A DNA stretch of 63,495 nt, filler included, from Octopus bimaculoides (GCF_001194135.2; 6 parts of 5 records of this genome joined end to end with filler, not necessarily neighbours in it), one strand, 5' to 3'. Numbered from the whole stretch's first letter, positions 38,703 to 52,116 are shown. Program-made: numbers and translations. Notes: generated from the sequence alone by a model not told the origin.

Positions 38703-39984
38703 TAGAGTGAGTGAGAGAAAGACAGGTAGATAGAGAAAGAGACAATTTATGTATATGCAGATGTGCGTGTGTCCTTATATACGTGTTATAGAAAATTATT
38801 GCAATATTTTAATAATTATCTTTATTATCCTACCAGAATTCTACACGTATTGTTTCATACATTAATAAAACATTATTTGCGCATTGTTTTTTTTTTCTTT
38901 TTCGATTTCTACATCTTTTAAACATGTATTAATATCTGAATTTTAATGTGTAGTTTGTTGATTGTATTGTCATAATGCCATCAATGTTGTAGCATGAATA
39001 CGTGATTATATGATTTACCATTGTCATCACGTTTCAAATCGTGTGATATTACTGATTAGATTAAAATTGTTGATGAAGGCAAACTTTTTTCGTAAAATCA
39101 CAATCACAGAACTCGATGACTATCTCTTGGAGATGTTAGTTGCACTGATGATAAAACGCCATTAGTAAGCTATAAAGTGAATATTTAATTGGACATGTGA
39201 CATGTATCCAACTAAAGCATTTCGCCTCACTCGTGTTCTCCCCTGTTCTGTAAATTATTTCGTATAATATTTGAGTTAGAAGCAATCTTTCAATGCAGAA
39301 TGTAATAAATAACATAGAGTTGAATTACACAATAAATGCAATATTAAATGTGTTTATGATAATAACATATTTATAATTAACTACGTTGACAATTGTATAT
39401 TTATGATATTGATCTGAACAGTACTTTTTGTAATTATGAAAGTTTTCCACTTCTTGAGAGGAAAGTGAAAAATTTTGATGGAAAGCAAACAGAATGTAAT
39501 AATGCACTTTTATTGCACATAATCTTTTCATTTGATACACCCGGCTGATGGGGCAGTATCCTTCGATACCGTTGAGACTAACGCCTTTAATGTTTTTCTT
39601 AAATTCTTTATAAGCCAACATATGCAAAAGAAAAACATGAGCAAGGTGGGGTTCCGGGAGGATAAAGTCCTCTGAGGAAGGACAGTATGTACAGACTAGA
39701 GAAAATCTGAGCGGATGGATACAAAATGAGTGATGAGAGGGATTGAGACAACTCGGGTGGGAATGCTAGAGTGGAGGTGGTACGAGCCCAACAAGTAGTA
39801 TAGGCCGACAAAGAAAATACAGAGGTGAAAGTATCTCTTTAATCCAAACTTTGGAGGATGAATGTTTTCAGAGTAATATTTGATTACTTACCATAGGGCA
39901 ATGATATAATTCTGTCTAATATTTTATACTATGAGTATCTTGCACTGGTAGTATAGTTAAAATATTCGCTTTGCAATAATATGT

Positions 39985-40330
39985 TTCCGTATTCCGTCTC
40001 ACTACTAAGTACCATAAATGGTTAAAACCTCTGTAGTCGTGAATGACCATGGCATTGCACCGAGAAAGTTCCCCTCCAAGGTACAAGTCTGGACTAGGTT
40101 GTTTATAGAAGACCATGCATACCGGCCTCCCCTCTTCACGCCACCGATGTTATCCAAGGGAAAGGCAAAGGCCGATACAGCTTGGCACCAGTGACGTCAC
40201 AACTCATTTCTACAGCTGAATGAACTGAAGCAACGTGAAATAAAGTATCTTGCCCAAGAACATAACACTCAGCCCGGTCCAGGAATCGAACTCACTACCT
40301 CATGGTTGTGAGCCCGACGTTCTCCCATTG
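39985..40330 (-). mobile_element. tRNA-derived SINE family C, near complete
   Basis: Minus strand: GTCGGGCTCACAACCATGAGGTAGTGAGTTCGATTCCTGGACC (B box)...TTTATTTCACGTTGC...GGTGCCAAGCTGTATCGGCC; related fragment at ~46730-46920. Confidence 0.85.
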
Positions 40331-41624
40331 ATAAGTGTCTACTGTCATATCCTCGAAATAAAGCCAGTAAACTGACCATGCAGAACTTGTGTAGGTGACC
40401 ATCGGTTATATCTACTCTTGAAGAGAACCCTTGAATTCACATCCGGTTCAAAATCACCATCCGATTTGGTGGGGATTTAACGGAGTCCAGTCTGTTTCAT
40501 TTTGATAGTAGACTGAAAATTCAGCTGATTTAGCATTATTTACCACTTGGAAAATGAATGTTTTTAGCAGGGTCCAATCCGGTGCAAGTTAGGAATACCT
40601 AAACATTGATTTCAAATTTTGGATTAAGGCCAGCAATTTTGTGAAGGGGATAAGTCGATTATATCAACCCCAGGATAAAAGGCAAGGTCGACCTCGGCGG
40701 AATTTGAACTCAGAACATAAGGGCGGACGAAATGCCGTTAAGCATTTAGCTCGACATGCTAACGATTCTGCCAGGTCACCGCCTAGGGATTACCCAAATG
40801 TTAATAAATGTCTTCCTACAGCAGCAACTGTGAATTCCTTTCTCCCAATCTATTTTACGGAACGAACAAAGAACATGTGCTTAGCCCTTCTTCGTTTTAC
40901 TAAACCGTGATTCCGACCTTACTGTCGGAATCATTCACCAGATTTATATTAACTGAACGCTAGCACTATCACTGTCTTCTCTCGGGTAATTGCAATAAAT
41001 CATATACAACTATCTATCTACCTAATTCTTCCGATTAATTCATTTATACTACTACTACAACTACCACTGTTACTTCCATACTTTCCAAGTCTAACTCTAT
41101 ACCATCCTATCTACCAAGCAACAACCTTAATCGTCCATCCGTCTGCTCACCACACGTTGCTGATTAGCTTCCGTTGAACTTAGATAAATAAGTCTTATGC
41201 AGATGGGAAAATTGTTTTGAGCAAATATTCAACTACACTAATACAACTATGTAAATAAATATTTCAACTCTGAATTATATACACACCTACACATATTGAG
41301 ACACAATATAATCTAATTATGTGAGCGTCTGTATATGTGTGTGTCAGCGTGAGTATGTGTTTAATTGTGCGTGTGTGTGTGCCTGTATGTATGAGTTTAA
41401 CAAGTTCCACTTCTATGAAATTTGTTAGGTAAAAGTTCACCAATGCGTACTCAGCTCAGATTTGTTATTGTTTGTTTATTGCTTTGTTTGTTTGTTTTTT
41501 TTTATCAACCTGATTTCATTCAAATAGAATGTCTTCTCATTAATTCAGTATTTCAAAGTGTTCATTACATACAGACATACACACCCAGTCACGTGCATTG
41601 TATGTACCTCTGTGCGTGTGTGTG

Positions 41625-41657
<33 letters not shown>

Positions 41658-41995
41658 GTGTGGTGTGGTGTGTGTGTGTGTGTGTNNNNNNNNNNNNNNN
41701 NNNNNNNNNNNNNNNNNNNNNNNNNNNNNNNNNNNNNNNNNNNNNNNNNNNNNNNNNNNNNNNNNNNNNNNNNNNNNNTGTTTCTAATAACTGTCAAACG
41801 TGAATTGAAGTAACTATTTTATTTCAACAGAACAGAAACATTACAAAAAACAAGAATATAACAACTGAAAGAGTAACGAAGTTTCAATTACGAAATAAAT
41901 ATAAAAGATTAAATAACAAAAAATAATAAATCTCGAGAAAGTGTTTGTTGGTCATTCTAGAAGCATTTCAGTAGGTAAGAATTCTATTGATTTTA

Positions 41996-42054
<59 letters not shown>

Positions 42055-42598
42055 GGTGGTGGTGGTGGTGGTGGTCTTTAACAGCAATTTTGAGGGATGA
42101 GTTTTAGCCGGTTGCATTAACCTTGATTACGTAACTGTTACTTCATTTTTTCGATTCCGAGAGTAACGAACAGCTACATACTTGATAGACTTAGAAAAAC
42201 CTTTACTCATACTTGAGTTCCCTTTAACTAAACGTCACAATAGAAGCCAAACTTATCATGGCTCATTTCTTCGAAGTGGCTACATTTATACGAGAGATTC
42301 GCGTATTTATTAATAGAGCTTTCTACTGACCAGCCAAAGTGTTCAGCAACCTGATTAAGAGGATGAGCAGAATTTCTAACCTTTGTGCGAGATCAAAATT
42401 TTTTCATTCCGCGGACACGTATGACCGCCAGCAGATTTAAAGATAAGAAATTTTTGTTTCCCTGAACTAAAAAACTTGCGTAGCTAAGATATTTCCTTTA
42501 GCTTAGTCGATAAACAGTTTCCCCAAACATATAAGTTCGGAAGAATATTTAATAGACACACCTTAAAAGTTTCTTTTAGCTATGCATCTAGTGTAAAA

Positions 42599-42972
42599 GG
42601 CGCAGGAGTGGCTGTGTGGTAAGTAGCTTGCTTACCAGCTACATGGTTCTGGGTTCAGTCCCACTGCGTGACACCTTGGGCAAGTGTATTCTACTATAGC
42701 CTCGGACCGACCAAATCCTTGTGAGTGGATTTGGTAGACGGAATATATATATGTATATGTGTGTATATCTTTGTAGGTCTGTGTTTGTCCCCCCAACATC
42801 GTTTGACAACCGATGCTGGTATTTTTACGTACCCGTAACCTAGCGGTTGGGCAAAAGAGACCGATAGAATAAGTACTAGGCTTACAAAGAATAAGTCCTG
42901 AGGTCGATTTGCTCGACTAATGGCGGTGCTCCAGCATGGCCACAGTCAAATGACTGAAACAAGTAAAAGAGA
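42599..42972 (+). mobile_element. Full-length SINE family A
   Basis: A box TGGCTGTGTGG, B box GGTTCAGTCCC, internal (TA/TG)n, 3' GACTGAAACAAGTAAAAGAG; head-only copy at 51339-51459. Confidence 0.9.
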
Positions 42973-43398
42973 GACCCATACCTAAGACAGAGGCAGGGTG
43001 CTTATACACAGGTAACACTGCATATCTACGTTAATTCCAATGCAACAAAGCGATGTATATGAAGATGGGGTGATATCAAACGATCCCAGTGTGTAGACGG
43101 ACGTGCAGGAACACATGGGTGGGAGAGAACTTATTTAACAAATAAAAGTACGCTTTTAATATCCAGGAAAAACGAAGTGTCACAGCTTTCGATATGTATA
43201 TAGGATTACTGGAAAATCATAAATGCCTACTTAAATGGACAAGCGAAATCTTCTGATACTGCTCACATGAACATAAATATGCTTTGGGTTATAATCAGAC
43301 ATCAAAATAAATATATCATTATATCTCTAGCCATCAATACTTTCCATCACCAAAGTCTGAGAGGCTTGTCATGATCAAATTATTTCATAGAAACACGC

Positions 43399-43465
<67 letters not shown>

Positions 43466-43784
43466 AACATACGTACATGTCTACACAAGTAACGGTTTTA
43501 CGCTTAACATAACACATAATAATTCGTGCGTGACTGTTAGGGTAAACACAGTTTTAAATAAATTTGATTTGAATAAATTTCAGTTAGATTAATTAATTAC
43601 GTTTCACAATTATGTAATTATACGTTTATTGATGTTTAGTTAATGAAACTGTTGTTGAGCTCAATTACGGTTAAAATTATATCTGAAATTTGTGTATGTT
43701 TTCCTGCTTTTCTTGCAAATACAGTAGTTCGTGTGTGTGTGCGTGTGTTTGTATGCCTATGTGTGTGTGTATGCGTATGTGTGT

Positions 43785-43985
43785 GCATACAGATATAGAT
43801 ACATACGCACATACAGGTACACACACATACACGTACACACACACATATATATATATATATAATATATATATATATATATGATATATATGTATATATAATA
43901 TATATGTATATATATAATATATATATATATATATGATATATATGTATATATAATATATATGTATATATATAATATATATATATAT

Positions 43986-44019
<34 letters not shown>

Positions 44020-44028
44020 CACATACAT
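43785..44028. repeat. Compound (CA/TA)n microsatellite with higher-order periodicity (representative of many TA, CA, ATAC, GATA, AAT and GAT tracts in the window)
   Basis: Directly visible; e.g. also 1-235, 26585-26665, 33480-33617 and 60138-60235. Confidence 0.95.
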
Positions 44029-44147
44029 NNNNNNNNNNNNNNNNNNNNNNNNNNNNNNNNNNNNNNNNNNNNNNNNNNNNNNNNNNNNNNNNNNNNNNNN
44101 NNNNNNNNNNNNNNNNNNNNNNNNNNNNNNNNNNATATATATATATA

Positions 44148-45339
44148 CATGGTGCGGTGAATAAATTGTCGTCTAACGCAAAAATGAAAATAACACTGAC
44201 ATCTCATTTTAACAGATATATTTTCCACAATTACACAAAAATATCTTGAAATACTACTGAGTAGAATTATTCTATAAAATCGCTATTGGCTTCAACCACG
44301 GCCTCTAGACGACTTTGGAATCTCCTGCAAATCTTCTGGACGGCCTCTTTGCCTTCGATTCATCTTTGATGTTACAAGGAGTTTTGATGGTATCTCGCTC
44401 AACTGTGCTCCACACATAATATCCAAAGTGGTTGCAATCTTGGAAGTTAGGTGGCCGAATGTTTGGGGTGATGCGGTCGCAGAAATTGTCTAACAGCCAT
44501 GATTGGGTTCTCTTGATTGTGTGACATTGTGCGGAGTCCTGTTGCCAGACATAAGGTCTTCCAGCAGCCACCCCCTTGACCCAGGGCCGCACTACCTCAT
44601 CCAGGTATGTAGGCCACCCTGTTGAGTTTGAGGCCGCGTGGGAAGATGAATGCAGGCATAACGTCACCACTATTGATTACTCCAAATATCATGACGTTGA
44701 TTGGATATTTGATTTTTATCACTCTTGGCAAATGTTTTAGGGTGAGCCAACGGTTGTTCTCTGTGTTCACCACCTGATCTTGTCTGAGAAAAACCAAAGG
44801 CTGTTCGTGTTCGGTTGGAAGGGATGCGTAAATTTGTCCATAAGCTTCGTAGCGCAGTCTTTACTCTTGATAGCTTGGGGTAAGAATTGGCCCTTTATCA
44901 CTTTGTATGAAGAATTCCGAATGTCGTCATGCACTACCTGCTGATGTGAAACTTAGACGCTACCATGTCCCTGAAGATGGACCTAATTGACTTAGAGGGA
45001 TCGTTGTCAATCATGGCTTGTAATTCACTAACACAATCCGTAGTTCTTTTCTTATCTGAACAATCAGAGTGAGTTTTCCAAGCTATCTTACCTTCGTAAT
45101 CATCATTAGATTCATCCAACTCTTTCCAATCCTCTATACTGTCCTGAGATTGACACCCAAACACCTAAGCATGTCGTTTCCAAATTTCAGGTAGACTAAA
45201 TTGCGTCATGGCGCTGTTTTCTCACAGGCGGTGCCAAACTGACCCTAATATACTCTGTAGTAGACAAAATCAAAAACAAGCCGTGCGCATGAGCAAAATG
45301 AAAAATATATAATGGTGGCAATTTACCCATCGCACCCTG
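44148..45339 (-). mobile_element. Near-complete decayed Tc1/mariner element, maT/DD37D-like
   Basis: Imperfect TIRs CATGGTGCGGTGAATAAATTG / CAATTTACCCATCGCACCCTG, TA on the left; relic transposase MTQFSLPEIWKRHA..VNTENNRWL..PW..VAAGRPYVWQQDSAQCHT...PPNFQDCNHFGYYVW. Confidence 0.88.
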
Positions 45340-45344
45340 TTTAT

Positions 45345-45771
45345 GTATGCATATAGAAAGACCAGCAAACATGCCAATAGAATTCCTAGAGACAGGAAAA
45401 TCTTTATGAGACACAGAACAAAGGTCTCAAACCAGTTAAATAGAGAACTGGAGGATAGGAAAAGGGCTAAATTAAAACTAACACTGTTAGAAATAGAAAA
45501 CAAAATTAAACTCTCCCATGAAAAGGAGAGAGCAGAGAAGGAGAAGAGAGCAGTGGAAAGCATAAAAACAAACCCCAAGGCTTTCTATAGATTTGCAATA
45601 GAGACTGCTACGGTAGAGTGTAAGATAGGACCCCTATTCCTGCCTAATGGCTCACTGACTGCAGATCCCACATGGATAAGTGAAGTGCTCAGTACACAAT
45701 TCAAGAGTGTCTTCACTTCTCCTCTGAGTCACATGCAAATAAAGAACCCAGCTGATTTCTTTGACAATAGC
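45345..45771 (+). mobile_element. CR1/L2-like LINE internal fragment (EN-RT linker)
   Basis: IKTNPKAFYRF...KIGPLFLPNGSLTADP..ISEVLSTQFKSVFT; runs into a gap. Confidence 0.8.
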
Positions 45772-45872
45772 NNNNNNNNNNNNNNNNNNNNNNNNNNNNN
45801 NNNNNNNNNNNNNNNTTAATTAATTAANNNNNNNNNNNNNNNNNNNNNNNNNNNNNNNNNNNNNNNNNNNNA

Positions 45873-46231
45873 TACCTATTGTCATAGCTGTCCTGGGAAT
45901 GACAGCGAAACGGGCTGATTACTACCTAGCTCAGATACCAGGAAACCCCAAAATGGCTGAAGTTCAAAAGATAGTGCTCATGGGAACTGCCCATATCCTA
46001 CGTAAAATACTGTCTATGTGATCTCAAATTTTAAAGCAAACACATAATTTTCTTATGGTTTCTTAAACATTCACTTGAACAAAACTGTACAAATCCAAAT
46101 ATATGGTACCCTAGGCATAACACCTACATGAACTTCTAACTTGTTGTCTCTTGAGGTCTCTGGGTGAGACTTGGATCCAACTTGTACAAATGCAAAACAA
46201 AAGTCAAACATAAAATAATAATAATAATAAT
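45873..46231 (+). mobile_element. R4/Dong-like RLE LINE 3' end with (AAT)n tail
   Basis: IPIVIAVLG...IPGNPKMAEVQKIVLMGTAHILRKILSM*, a 3'UTR, then AAT repeats. Confidence 0.82.
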
Positions 46232-47171
46232 TCTTTCTACTATAAGCACAAGGCCTGAAATTTTGGGGGTGGGAGATAGTCGATTACATCGATCCCCAGT
46301 ACTCAACTGGTACTTATTCTATCGATCCTGAAGCGGCTCAAATTTCAAAGAGGAGTAGTTTTATCATAAAAGGACAGTCTTCTATTATAATTACATTCGC
46401 TTCTACGCTGTTGTTTTAAAGGAATATTAAATTCTTCCCATAAATAATCGAGATTGCAGCGATTAAAATTACATTTGACCTGCGTAGGATTCGCACTCGG
46501 AACGTAAAGGACTGCTACTAAGTACATTACTTCAACCTTCTGACGATGCCGGATATCATTTCATTTCGTTCTAATATTTGCATTTTATTTGACACCTGAT
46601 TTCCTTAACACCTCTTTCTCACTCACGATTATGTCTTGGTAACTTGCTACACATTCGATACTTGCTTTAGGTACCTATGTAGATACAAACAGAAATGGAC
46701 ACGTTTTCGGACCTCCCATCCCTGATCCGGGGTCTGATCCAAAATGTCACAGCTGGTGAGGGACAGAGGTGCACCAGCAGCCAAATGGTACTCGTATTCA
46801 GCTGGGTAGACGATAGTAAACGTGAAATGATGTGCCTTCATCAAGCAAAAATATACCGTATGGTCCAGAAATTGAAACCAAGCTCTTATAATCATGAGAC
46901 AAACTTTGTAAACAAGAGACAATATGCGTTCGCAAAATTCGTATAAACAGGCGATAAAAATGAGTGTAAGAATAAGCAAAACAAACAGTTATATTAAAAC
47001 GAAAGGTTGGGGTAAGAGTGTTACATAATATATTAAGACGCTAATTATTTTTAATTACAAAAAGATATTTTAATGAAACACACGCATACACACTCACATA
47101 CATACATACATACATACATACATACATACACACATACATACATACATACATACATACATACATACATACAT

Positions 47172-47520
47172 GAAACACACTGTTTAAATACCGATCTTGA
47201 GAAATTAGATTTCACAAAACCAGAAAGGAGAAAGCTGATTCGAAGACTACAAGCCAAGCCATCACTGTGACAGTAAAAATTTGTAAAACATTCGAGAAGT
47301 TTATCATTTATGTATATATGAGCATGTCTAGATATGCACGTATATGCATGAGAATATATACACAAAGCAAAACATACAAATCTGCACATATACATACGTA
47401 CATACATACAAAAATACCCTGTTGTTGAAATTTCAATTAAGGAGTTTTGCATCTCGGTTAGAAACTGGCTCTTTCTTTATTGGCAAGAATTCTTGAGATA
47501 AAACTGAATAATGGCATACA
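47172..47520 (+). mobile_element. 3' end of RLE-type LINE family X
   Basis: HCLNTDLEKLDFTKPERRKLIRRLQ...; begins directly after an ~80-bp (CATA)n tract. Confidence 0.88.
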
Positions 47521-49254
47521 TATTTTTAGAATTACCATAAAACCGGTTACTGATATTTTAAATATCAGTAATTGGAATTAAAACATACGTTTCAAATGGC
47601 TACATAGCAATTCTTTTTACATAGGTACCATTATCATCAGTTCATTAAAAGCCAAATACATTAAGGGAATCTAGTTCGCTCTTATATACATAAAACAAGG
47701 TTTAAAGAAAGTCACGTGATACAATAGAAAACAGCCATAGAAATAAAAGCAATCTGATATATAAAAAAAAAGCAAATTATAAAAGAAAAAAATGAGAGTA
47801 TTATCATACTTTGCACCAGTGATTCCTAAACTTTTTCTGATTACCACCCCCACCCCATTGTCACCCAGACCACATACTAACGCAGCCTCCCATACACACA
47901 CCACCACCACCACCACCACCACCACCACCACAAGAACAACAACAACAAATTTACACCTCTTTCTATTGCAAATTCAAAACAACTGTATTTCACAAACATA
48001 GTTAACCGGTTATTCTTCTGCTTTTACAATGTGAAAGAGTTCTTGTCATTATTATTGTTGACGTTGCTTTGTTTAGTGTCATGTTTTCGAAAATCTAGGG
48101 AATTCCCACGGGAATATAATGACCAGCTTCGCTAGTAAACTTTTGGGGCTTTCCTTATTTTTGTTCTGTGTACTTGTTTCAAAGAAACAGGCAACTTTTT
48201 GCAAATCCATTTTTGAATGCTATCTTCTAAACCTGAGTGTACCATTGCAAAATAGAGGGGAGTATTGCCATCCATTGCCCCACGTTTAGTCACCCCGTTA
48301 TCGCCCCATTTTTTCTCAACGCCCCCGTGGACTTTTCGACCGCATACCAGAGAGGCGTTACTGTTCACTCTGGGAATCACTGCTCTGCAGATTTGAACAT
48401 GGATGTATGCTAAGTTTCATAGAATATATGCAATTTGAAAGCAGTTGAGCGGAAACAATGACGTGAGAGGACGAATAGATCTGAATTATAGGTACATCTA
48501 AATTTGTATTTAATACAAATTTTTAACAATTATGTTGTTTTAAAACAGCTACAGAATTTTAGATTTCTAAGTAAAAGGAAGAACATTATGATGAAGTTTA
48601 AAATTAATATGGCAGATATAGTGGAGAATATGCCGCTTGATTTATTGAAGAACATATTTGCTTGTTATCGTATTTTATTCTATGAGTGAAAGCAAGAGAA
48701 ACAGAGCATAAATTCGAACGTCGAATTCGGAAACTACTATTTCTGTATATACTGACGTGGAGAAACGAGTATTAGGATAAAAACTTGACAACTAAAAATG
48801 TATTAAACACATGGTTTTAAAGCTTCAAGAATAAATCAAAGTATCAGTATATGTGCTATAATTAACACTAAGGACATATGTCCTTTCAAATTCTTGTGTA
48901 ACATTTCTTCAGTCACACACACACGCACACACACACACATATGCACGTATACATATATTTATGCATACACACACACACACACACGTATATATAAATATAT
49001 ATATACATATATATATGTGTGTTTTTATTATGTGAATCATTTATTGATACAAGCAAACACATGCGAGCGCACACTCACACACACACTCATACACGTACAA
49101 GCACTCAATTTAAATTTGACACAAACATATTTTAAAGGAAGTTTAAGAATGTGATGGGAGAATTCAATCCTGAGAGCAGAGTCAAATTTATTGGGAAATT
49201 AGTTGACGAGGACTGCAGAATAAATACATACAAACATACATACATACATTTTCA

Positions 49255-50035
49255 TCACGGTATTATCTACCAATGAGACATGATGTAGCTAGAGCACTTT
49301 ATAATGAAATTCGTTGGAAGGATAACCCAGAGGACAAAAAAAAAAAGAACCCACAGTATGTTAGAAGCCATAGCCACTCATAATAAAGAGGAGTACTGGT
49401 GGAATGTCCCAGTGAAGACATCAATAAAATGTATGCACAACAGACCTGATATAATGATTTGGGATAAAGAAGTGAAACTGTGTACAGCTGTGGAAATTAG
49501 CTGCCCAGCGAATGTTAACATAAAGCTGAAAGTTAGCGAAAAATAGAATATCTACGCTGAACTATTGAGAAATCTTTAGTTACTCTATCCAGATTACAAG
49601 TTCAAGTTTATACCTGTAATTATTGGGATCCTGAGATATATAACATACTGCCTAAATACCAATCTTGAGAAATTAGGCGTTTCAAAATCAGAAAGGAGAA
49701 AGTTAATTCGAAGACTACAGATCCAATTCATCATTGGAACTTTAAAAATCTGTAAAACTTTCCAAAAGTTCATCCTTTAAATACATATGAGCATATCTAG
49801 ATATGCAACTACACGCACGGGAATACATACATAAAACAAAACATACAAATCTGTACACATACATACATACATACATACAAACATACATACATACATACAT
49901 ACATACATGCATACATACAAAAATACCGTTGTTGGTGTTGAAATTCCAATGAAGTAATCTTGGATCTAGGTTAGAAACCGGCTCTTTCTCTATTGGTAAG
50001 AAATCTTGAAATAAAACTGAACATACTTACAGACA
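49255..50035 (+). mobile_element. RLE-type LINE family X, longest copy (restriction-like endonuclease domain)
   Basis: YYLPMRHDVARALYNEI...WWNVPVKTSIKCMHNRPDIMIWDKEVKLCTAVEISCPANVNI..K.SEK.NIY.EL (RHD and PD..(D/E)xK-type motifs). Confidence 0.88.
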
Positions 50036-50702
50036 CACACATACACACAAATGCGAACACACACACACATATATATATATATATANNNNNNNNNNNNNNN
50101 NNNNNNNNNNNNNNNNNNNNNNNNNNNNNTTAATTAATTAANNNNNNNNNNNNNNNNNNNNNNNNNNNNNNNNNNNNNNNNNNNNTAGCAGTAGGAATGG
50201 TTCTTGCTGTTAAGGGAGATGACTCCACACAAGAGTTCTCCTTCTTGAGAAATTGCATCTACATGCTTAACCACAAAAACGATTGTCGAGATTAGACACA
50301 GGTCCCAAGTCTAATGTAATATGAGATTATGTGGCGTTCATTCTATTCTTAAAGAAATTATGTAGTACAATGAACACGATTGCCATCATCATAATATATA
50401 TATTTATGATAGTGTATATGTATGATAATACATATATAATATAATTCGTTTTTGACTCTCCCGCACCGAATATATATATATATATATATATAATACAGTT
50501 CTAAATCTCTCAGAGAGATTTATGCAGCAGTGGTGCGATAAAGTAGTTGTATGCTGTCAACTTAATGTAACAGTCCCATGAAGTGAATAATACTACTGCT
50601 ATTTAGCCTTAGGAAGCAGCGCTTCCTGTTGACCCTGACACATTTCCTGTGTTCTTATGTTTACAACGGGGAGACAAACACCCCCACTTAGCTAAGCCTG
50701 CA

Positions 50703-50745
50703 TCTAGAGACATGTTTCTGAGTCTTTGCTCGTCATCAGTCTGGA
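50703..50745 (-). ncRNA. Minimal type I hammerhead ribozyme-like motif
   Basis: TCCAGA-CTGATGA-c-GAG-caaaga-CTC-a-GAAAC-AT-GTC-TCTAGA: intact core, GUC triplet, palindromic stem III (ACAUGU), stem I 5/6 pairs. Confidence 0.68.
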
Positions 50746-51884
50746 GTAGCAATCTCCAACTAGCAGGCCATACATACATACATACGCACACACATGTATA
50801 CACATACACATATGCATAGATACACAGAGTAATGGATTTAAAGAACAGAGTTATAAAGAAAAAATGTTTATTAAAGAAAAACAATTTGTGATGTCATCAG
50901 GTCCAAGAAAAATAGTTAACATCATGTGACATGAAAAGGTTTCATTTTATTACATTTGTTTAGTCAAGACTACAGTCGAACCATCGGAGATTAATGGGAG
51001 CAAGGAACAAAGTTATATTTACACTGGGAAATTCATGATTCTTGAGTCAGGCTGACCAAAACAGGAGGGAGAAAGGGACAAATATATATATATTTACACA
51101 GGGCAACCCTGACCCTGGTTAAGGTCTTTCAAACTGGAAACATGAAGAGACGAAATACAAAATTATATTTACACTGGAGACCCATGATCCTTGTCAGGTC
51201 AGCCATGTCCTGAGACAGGGCTCAAATGCTTAATTATATTTAGATTGTAAGCTTGCAGGATAAGTTATTGAAATCAGAGTTAATTGCATCACATTTTACT
51301 TTTCTCAATTAGTTAAAAAAAAAAAAAACGCAAACATTGGCGCAAGAGTAGCTGTGTGGTAAGTAGCTTGCTTACCAACCACATGGTTTTGGGTTCATTC
51401 CTACTGCGTTGCACCTTGGGCAAGTGTCTTCTACTATAGCCTTGGGCCGACCAAAGCCTCAACTGGTAATCTGTTAGCAACCTCAACTGGTAATCTAACA
51501 GGTTACATAAACTGCCCCAAAAATACTATGGAGGGTGTGGACAGACCAAACATAGAATAATTGAAGAACAAGAATAAAACAAAACAAATAAAAACACGAT
51601 GGAATGGTCACAGCTGGGACGTCTTTGATCATAGGAATATCATTGTAGGAAACATATCTGAAATGAAATGAGGTAATTTGGTAACGGAAGAGAGGGAATG
51701 ATGTGATGATGGAACACTGGAAGTTCAAGTCTTTGCAGGGTTGGGTTCAACATGTTGCAGGAGTCACAGGTGGACTTGTACACAGTTGTTGAGAGGTATC
51801 CAAGAGATACAAAGAGAGCATTTGGAAGACCTGCATAGTGGATGTGGACATAATAATAATGATGATAATAATAATAATAATAAT

Positions 51885-52082
51885 CCTTTCTACTAAAGGC
51901 ATAAGGCTTTTACATTGCCAATTACATTGACCCCAGTGTTTCACTGGTACTTAATTTATCGACCCTGAAAGGACGAAAGGCAGAGTCGACCTCGGCGGAG
52001 TTTGAACTCAGAACGTAAAGACAGATGAAATGCTGCAAAACATTTTTCCTGGCATGCTAACGATTCTGCCAGCTCGCATCCT

Positions 52083-52116
<34 letters not shown>

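Noticed and set aside
42599-42680. A/B-box-containing heads as tRNA genes
   Set aside because: No complete cloverleaf; they continue into SINE bodies
10632-50141. TTAATTAATTAA islands inside N-gaps (~10632, ~15335, ~26224, ~45816, ~50130)
   Set aside because: Identical 12-mer centred in gaps with stops in all six frames: an assembly spacer, not biology
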